From Candidatus Latescibacterota bacterium (GTDB lineage Bacteria; Latescibacterota; UBA2968), in NCBI GenBank assembly GCA_965204375.1, contig OZ241986.1, positions 480,001 to 544,000 on the forward strand: a stretch of DNA of 64,000 bases, in the 5' to 3' direction. Under the pieces are notes generated by a model. The model did not search any database. It was not told the origin of the DNA and worked only from the letters and a program-made list of their open reading frames with translations. Shown here piece after piece: positions 59,685-64,000 of the stretch; position 1 is the first letter of the stretch; each line of letters begins with the position of its first letter. The position numbers and the translations under genes were made by a program.

Positions 59685-60851
59685 TTATGGATAAACCACA
59701 TATTGAGATAGGGCATCTTCGTCCATCTCAATTCCCAGTCCCGACCCCTCAGGCAGGTGGAAATGGCCCTTCTCACACACGATGGGCCGTTTCAAAAACT
59801 GGTTGGAAAGATCGAGCATCAGTGGTTGATACTCCTGGAAAATCAAATTCGGAATGGCCAATGCCACGTGGATTGAAGCCGCGATATTGGGCGGCAGACA
59901 GACCCCTGCATGCAGCGCAATGGGGATATTGAACGCCTCGGCCAGATCGGCGATTTTCATAGCTTCCGTAATTCCGCAACGCCCCACATCGGGCTGTGCG
60001 ATATCCAGCCCCCGTGCCTGAAACCAGTTGAGAAATTGGTACCGCGTTGTCTCTGTCTCTCCGGCCGCAACGAACATGTCCAGTTCCCGGGCAATCTCCG
60101 CGTGGCCTTCAATATCCTCCGGGCTGGTCGGCGTTTCAAACCAGAATACCCCCAGACGCTCCAGGTGCCGTCCCAATTGCAGAGCCGTTGGCGTGTCATA
60201 ATTCCACAGTGCATCCACCATCAACCGGACATTCGGCCCCACCGTATCTCGAATTCCTTCGACGTGCCGCAAATCTCTTTCTATTCCGAAGCCCAAAAAC
60301 ATCTTGAGCGCCTGGAAACCCTCCAATATATGCCCGCGTGCCGCCTCCGCCATTTCCTCAATCGAGTTTCCTCGCACCCCCGAAACATAAACCGGCACTC
60401 GATCCCGGAAAGCCCCGCCCAAAAGCTCCACCACCGGCACACCCAGCTTCTGCCCCTGGATATCCCACAGGGCCGAATCTACTGCCGCAAGGCCGTGTAC
60501 CATAAATCCGGAGTAGTGTCCCCGCAGGTTCATCGCGTGATACATTTCGTGTTTCAATACCCCCCATTCAGCTGGGTCTCTTCCGATCAAAATCGGTCTT
60601 AGCACCTTGTCGATCACCATCGCCGTCACCTCCGGGCCGATCGGTGCCTGTCCTTCTCCCCATCCCACAATGCCACCGTCTGTCTCCACTTTGACCAGCG
60701 TCGTCTCGGTCTGGCGGGAATAGAGTCCCCGCCATCCCGGCTGCACATCGTAGGTCCGCTCCCTCGCCCGCTCTTCTTCTACTCCCTTTCCGCCAAAGGT
60801 ATCTTCCTGGGGAATTTTAATCGCCATCGGCTTGATATCGGTAATTTTCAT
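59685..60851 (-). CDS. Mandelate racemase/muconate lactonizing enzyme family protein
   Basis: GWGE, DSALWD, MVDA, FETP, AGE, QPD, H motifs. Confidence 0.85.
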   Translation of the reverse strand: MKITDIKPMAIKIPQEDTFGGKGVEEERARERTYDVQPGWRGLYSRQTETTLVKVETDGGIVGWGEGQAPIGPEVTAMVIDKVLRPILIGRDPAEWGVLKHEMYHAMNLRGHYSGFMVHGLAAVDSALWDIQGQKLGVPVVELLGGAFRDRVPVYVSGVRGNSIEEMAEAARGHILEGFQALKMFLGFGIERDLRHVEGIRDTVGPNVRLMVDALWNYDTPTALQLGRHLERLGVFWFETPTSPEDIEGHAEIARELDMFVAAGETETTRYQFLNWFQARGLDIAQPDVGRCGITEAMKIADLAEAFNIPIALHAGVCLPPNIAASIHVALAIPNLIFQEYQPLMLDLSNQFLKRPIVCEKGHFHLPEGSGLGIEMDEDALSQYVVYP

Positions 60852-60862
60852 CTTTTTATCCC

Positions 60863-62581
60863 TTATGGGCCTGCCTGTTCTGTCACCGTCAAAACCCGAT
60901 TGACGGGTATATTCTTCAGCACCTGCACCGTTCCGCTGGGCCACCGAATCACCAGGGTATCTACTGTTGAACGACTACCCAACCCGAAGTGAACCCGGAG
61001 ATCGTTCTGGGAGAGATAGCTCGATCCGCTCCGCACCTCCTTCACCTGTCTCAGCCTCCCGGAGACCACCCTTACCCTGGCACCGATTCCATCCCGGTTG
61101 CTCACCGTCCCCACGGTTCGGACTATCAGATAGTTATTTCGGTTTCCCCCGTCGTTGCGCAGCAGGTCCGCCCGCTCGTTGGAGTTGAGGACAAACAGAT
61201 CGACATCTCCGTCGTTGTCATAATCCCCGAACGCCGTTCCTCGACTGGCCTTCACAAGGCGCATCCCATCTCCGGATTCCCAGGAAGCGTCGGCGAACGT
61301 CCCATCCCCGTTATTGGAAAAAAGGAGATTGCGCTGTGGATAAGAGGTTGACCCATCCAGCCTTTCGATGTTGTCCTGCACATGACCGTTGGCCGCGAAA
61401 AGGTCGCTGTGTCCGTCGTTGTTGTAGTCAAAAAAACCGACTCCCCATCCCAGGTAAGGGCGGGTAACCCTGCCCGTACCGGAGGCAAATGACACATCGG
61501 TGAACGTCCCGTTCCCGTTGTTGCGGTAGAGAGTATAAGTCTCATGCTGGAAATTGGTCACAATCAGATCCATCCACCCGTCGTTGTCATAATCGCCGGC
61601 ATCTACGCCCATGCCTCCCTCCTCCTGGCCGTTCTCGTTGTAACTGACCCCAGAGATCAATCCCACATCGGTGAATGTCCCATCCCCATTGTTCCGATAG
61701 AGGAAATTCCCGACCATATCGTTGGCCACATATAGATCGGGATCCCCATCGTCGTCGTAGTCTGTGACGACTACACCCAGGCTTTTCCCTTCGGTATTGG
61801 CTATACCCGCCGCATCGGCTACATCGGTGAATGTCCCATCCCCGTCGTTCCGATAGAGCCGGTCAGGCGCACCATTGAAGTTATGCGGGTGGGGATATGT
61901 CTTCAGGTCCGAGGCACGGGCACCGTGGTAATCGGCGATATAGGGGATCAGATCGATTCGCGGATCGTCCAACGAGTAATCGAGGTAGTTGGCCACGTAG
62001 AGGTCCAGGTCTCCGTCATTATCGTAGTCCAGAAACGCACATCCTGATCCCCAGTGGCTGTCGCCCACGGCGGCGCGTTCCGTCACGTCGGTGAACGTCC
62101 CATCCCCATTGTTCCGATAAAGGAGGTTGGAGCCGTAGTTGGTCACATAGAGGTCCAGATCCCCGTCGTTGTCGTAGTCGCCGGTAGCGCATCCCGTTCC
62201 GTATCCCGTGTCGCCCACGGCGGCGCGTTCCGTCATATCGGTGAATGTCCCATCCCCGTTGTTCCGATAAAGCCTGTTCCTCGGCGTCTCATTTCCTACA
62301 AACTCTGGAAGTGGGGCACCGTTAACAGCATACAGGTCCAGGTCGCCATCGCCATCGCAGTCGAAAAAAGCGCAGCCTGCTCCCATCGTCTCCACGAAGT
62401 ACTTTTGCCCACTTCCTCCGTGGACGTGGCGGAATTCGACCCCTGCCTGAATCGTGACATCCACAAATCGAATGCCCTGTGCATCGCCTGGATTCCGTTT
62501 TGGGCCACAAGTCAGGCCAAATAACGCGACGAGAACCATGAAACGGGCTGTCCACACTCGCGCTGAGTGAAACCAGAACAT
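60863..62581 (-). CDS. CRTAC1 family protein (FG-GAP repeats plus ASPIC/UnbV domain)
   Basis: Repeated DYDNDGDLDLYV and LYRNNGDGTFTD; SNRDGIGARV...SYLSQND...HFGLG...WPSG. Confidence 0.9.
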   Translation of the reverse strand: MFWFHSARVWTARFMVLVALFGLTCGPKRNPGDAQGIRFVDVTIQAGVEFRHVHGGSGQKYFVETMGAGCAFFDCDGDGDLDLYAVNGAPLPEFVGNETPRNRLYRNNGDGTFTDMTERAAVGDTGYGTGCATGDYDNDGDLDLYVTNYGSNLLYRNNGDGTFTDVTERAAVGDSHWGSGCAFLDYDNDGDLDLYVANYLDYSLDDPRIDLIPYIADYHGARASDLKTYPHPHNFNGAPDRLYRNDGDGTFTDVADAAGIANTEGKSLGVVVTDYDDDGDPDLYVANDMVGNFLYRNNGDGTFTDVGLISGVSYNENGQEEGGMGVDAGDYDNDGWMDLIVTNFQHETYTLYRNNGNGTFTDVSFASGTGRVTRPYLGWGVGFFDYNNDGHSDLFAANGHVQDNIERLDGSTSYPQRNLLFSNNGDGTFADASWESGDGMRLVKASRGTAFGDYDNDGDVDLFVLNSNERADLLRNDGGNRNNYLIVRTVGTVSNRDGIGARVRVVSGRLRQVKEVRSGSSYLSQNDLRVHFGLGSRSTVDTLVIRWPSGTVQVLKNIPVNRVLTVTEQAGP

Positions 62582-62639
62582 CCTGAACGATCCTTTCTAT
62601 CCACCTCGCAGAGGTCCCAACAAAACCGTAACGCCACCT

Positions 62640-63983
62640 TCAAGGAGCTTTGCGTGCGATCTCTTCTGCCTCTTCCAAATTTCTCTTTGTTTCGGGGTCG
62701 GCCGGATCGATCGCAAGCGCTGCCTTCCAGGCCGCCACTGCTTCCTGCAATCGCCCCTGCGCCGCATAAATGACCCCGAGGTTGTTATGGGCCTTTAACA
62801 GATTAGGATCGATCACAATCGCCCGTTGGTATTCGGCCATCGCCTTATCCAGTACACCCTGCTGCTGATGTACCGCACCCAACTCAACGTGCGCTGGCGC
62901 AAACTCAGCGTCCAGCCCGATCGCCTTCTGAAAAGCTGTTTCAGCCTCCCGATACATGTCCCGCTGTGCATAGACCAACCCCAGATTGTGATGTGCATCT
63001 ACCGAAACCGAATCCAGCGCAATCGCCTTCTGAAAAGCTGTTTCGGCCTCCCGATACATGCCTTGCTGTGCATAGACCAACCCCAGATTGTGATGTGCAT
63101 CTACCGAAACCGAGTCCAGCGCAATCGCCCGTTGAAACGCCTTGGCAGCCCGCTCGAGTTTTTCGTAGCGTGCGTGGATCACTCCCAACTCAACGTAAAC
63201 AGAGGGATCATTGGGACTTTGTCGAAGGACAGCTTCCGCCTGTTCCACCTCTTCCGCATACGCATATAGCCGTTTGAATATCTCCAACTCCCGCTCTCCC
63301 GCGTCGGTTTTTCCCTGTCTCATATAGACCATACCCAAACCATAGTGGGACTTCGCGTGTTCCGAATCGATCTCCAGAGTCCGTTTGTACGCCTGAATCG
63401 CCTCCGGATATTTGCGCTGTTTTGAATAAGCATTTCCCAGCGCGTAGTGGGCATCTCGATAGTCGGGATCGCGCTGTATCGCCTTCTCGTATTCCGCTAT
63501 GGCCCGGGCATACTCCTTTCCCTCCATGTAGATTTCTCCCAGATTGTAATGTACCTGGGTCAGATCCGGGTTGATCGCGACTACCTTTTCATAAGCTCGA
63601 ATTGCCTCCGTGTACTCGCCCTGCTGTGCGAGCACACGGCCGAGGTTATAGTAGGCCTCCACAAAATCTGGCCGCAGAGCGATCACCTTACGGAAGGCCT
63701 CCACCGCCTCATCGTATTTGCCATGGGATGTGTAAACAAGGCCCAAACCAAAGTAGGGCATCGGAGAATCCGGGTCCAATTCGACTGCTTTTTGGAAGAC
63801 CTCCATTGCCTTGCCGCGTTCGCCCTGGTTTAAGTGAACCATCCCTAAATGATACCTTATCTCCCCTCTGGACATGCCCTTCTCCCTTTCAGGGTACGGC
63901 CAGAAGTAGATGATAAGCCCGATCAACAGGAGGAATACAGCGTATATCCAACCTCTTTTCCATTTTTTTGAGCCGGCATTCAC
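62640..63983 (-). CDS. Membrane-anchored tetratricopeptide repeat protein
   Basis: N-terminal TM, about 11 TPRs of 34 aa, GTG start with AAGGAGAGG RBS. Confidence 0.9.
   Translation of the reverse strand: MNAGSKKWKRGWIYAVFLLLIGLIIYFWPYPEREKGMSRGEIRYHLGMVHLNQGERGKAMEVFQKAVELDPDSPMPYFGLGLVYTSHGKYDEAVEAFRKVIALRPDFVEAYYNLGRVLAQQGEYTEAIRAYEKVVAINPDLTQVHYNLGEIYMEGKEYARAIAEYEKAIQRDPDYRDAHYALGNAYSKQRKYPEAIQAYKRTLEIDSEHAKSHYGLGMVYMRQGKTDAGERELEIFKRLYAYAEEVEQAEAVLRQSPNDPSVYVELGVIHARYEKLERAAKAFQRAIALDSVSVDAHHNLGLVYAQQGMYREAETAFQKAIALDSVSVDAHHNLGLVYAQRDMYREAETAFQKAIGLDAEFAPAHVELGAVHQQQGVLDKAMAEYQRAIVIDPNLLKAHNNLGVIYAAQGRLQEAVAAWKAALAIDPADPETKRNLEEAEEIARKAP
62920..63129. repeat. Near-identical 102-bp tandem duplication encoding one TPR
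   Basis: Units start at 62920 and 63022, about 5 mismatches by eye. Confidence 0.85.
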
Positions 63984-64000
63984 AATTCCTCTCCTTCTGT

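Noticed and set aside
61400-62350. Recurring near-identical 25-30 bp segments resembling a CRISPR array
   Set aside because: They encode FG-GAP repeats in an intact ORF, spacing is irregular, and there are no cas genes.

Overview
Gene-dense bacterial window with about 55 CDSs. I see no rRNA, tRNA, CRISPR array, integrase or transposase. The left end holds an alternative complex III operon (actABCDEF plus a truncated actG-like gene, minus strand). Most of the rest is catabolic: two Cys-type sulfatases, three enolase-superfamily dehydratases, a ceramidase-like hydrolase, MlrC, hydantoinase B/A, CocE, paired amidohydrolases, NagA, an orphan IorA-like subunit, SDR, Gfo/Idh/MocA and Zn-ADH. Housekeeping genes include sthA, ettA and natAB-like genes, and a TPR / CRTAC1 (ASPIC-UnbV) / enolase / DUF3604 block lies at the right end. 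The repertoire resembles Latescibacterota/Gemmatimonadota/Poribacteria-type heterotrophs, but this is inference only. The best candidate for an undescribed system is a translationally coupled triplet at 38311-40684: a membrane-anchored lectin-like protein, a 5-TM MotA/TolQ/ExbB-family channel, and an ExbD-like partner with Glu rather than Asp at its TM start, with no TonB, TolA, flagellar or Zorya genes in the window. Other notable items are a 28-bp near-duplicated promoter bracketing a desaturase cassette, a dockerin-tipped beta-repeat protein, a HEPN plus non-canonical partner pair, two gene remnants, and recent intragenic repeat duplications. All calls come from motif recognition by eye; no database searches were run.
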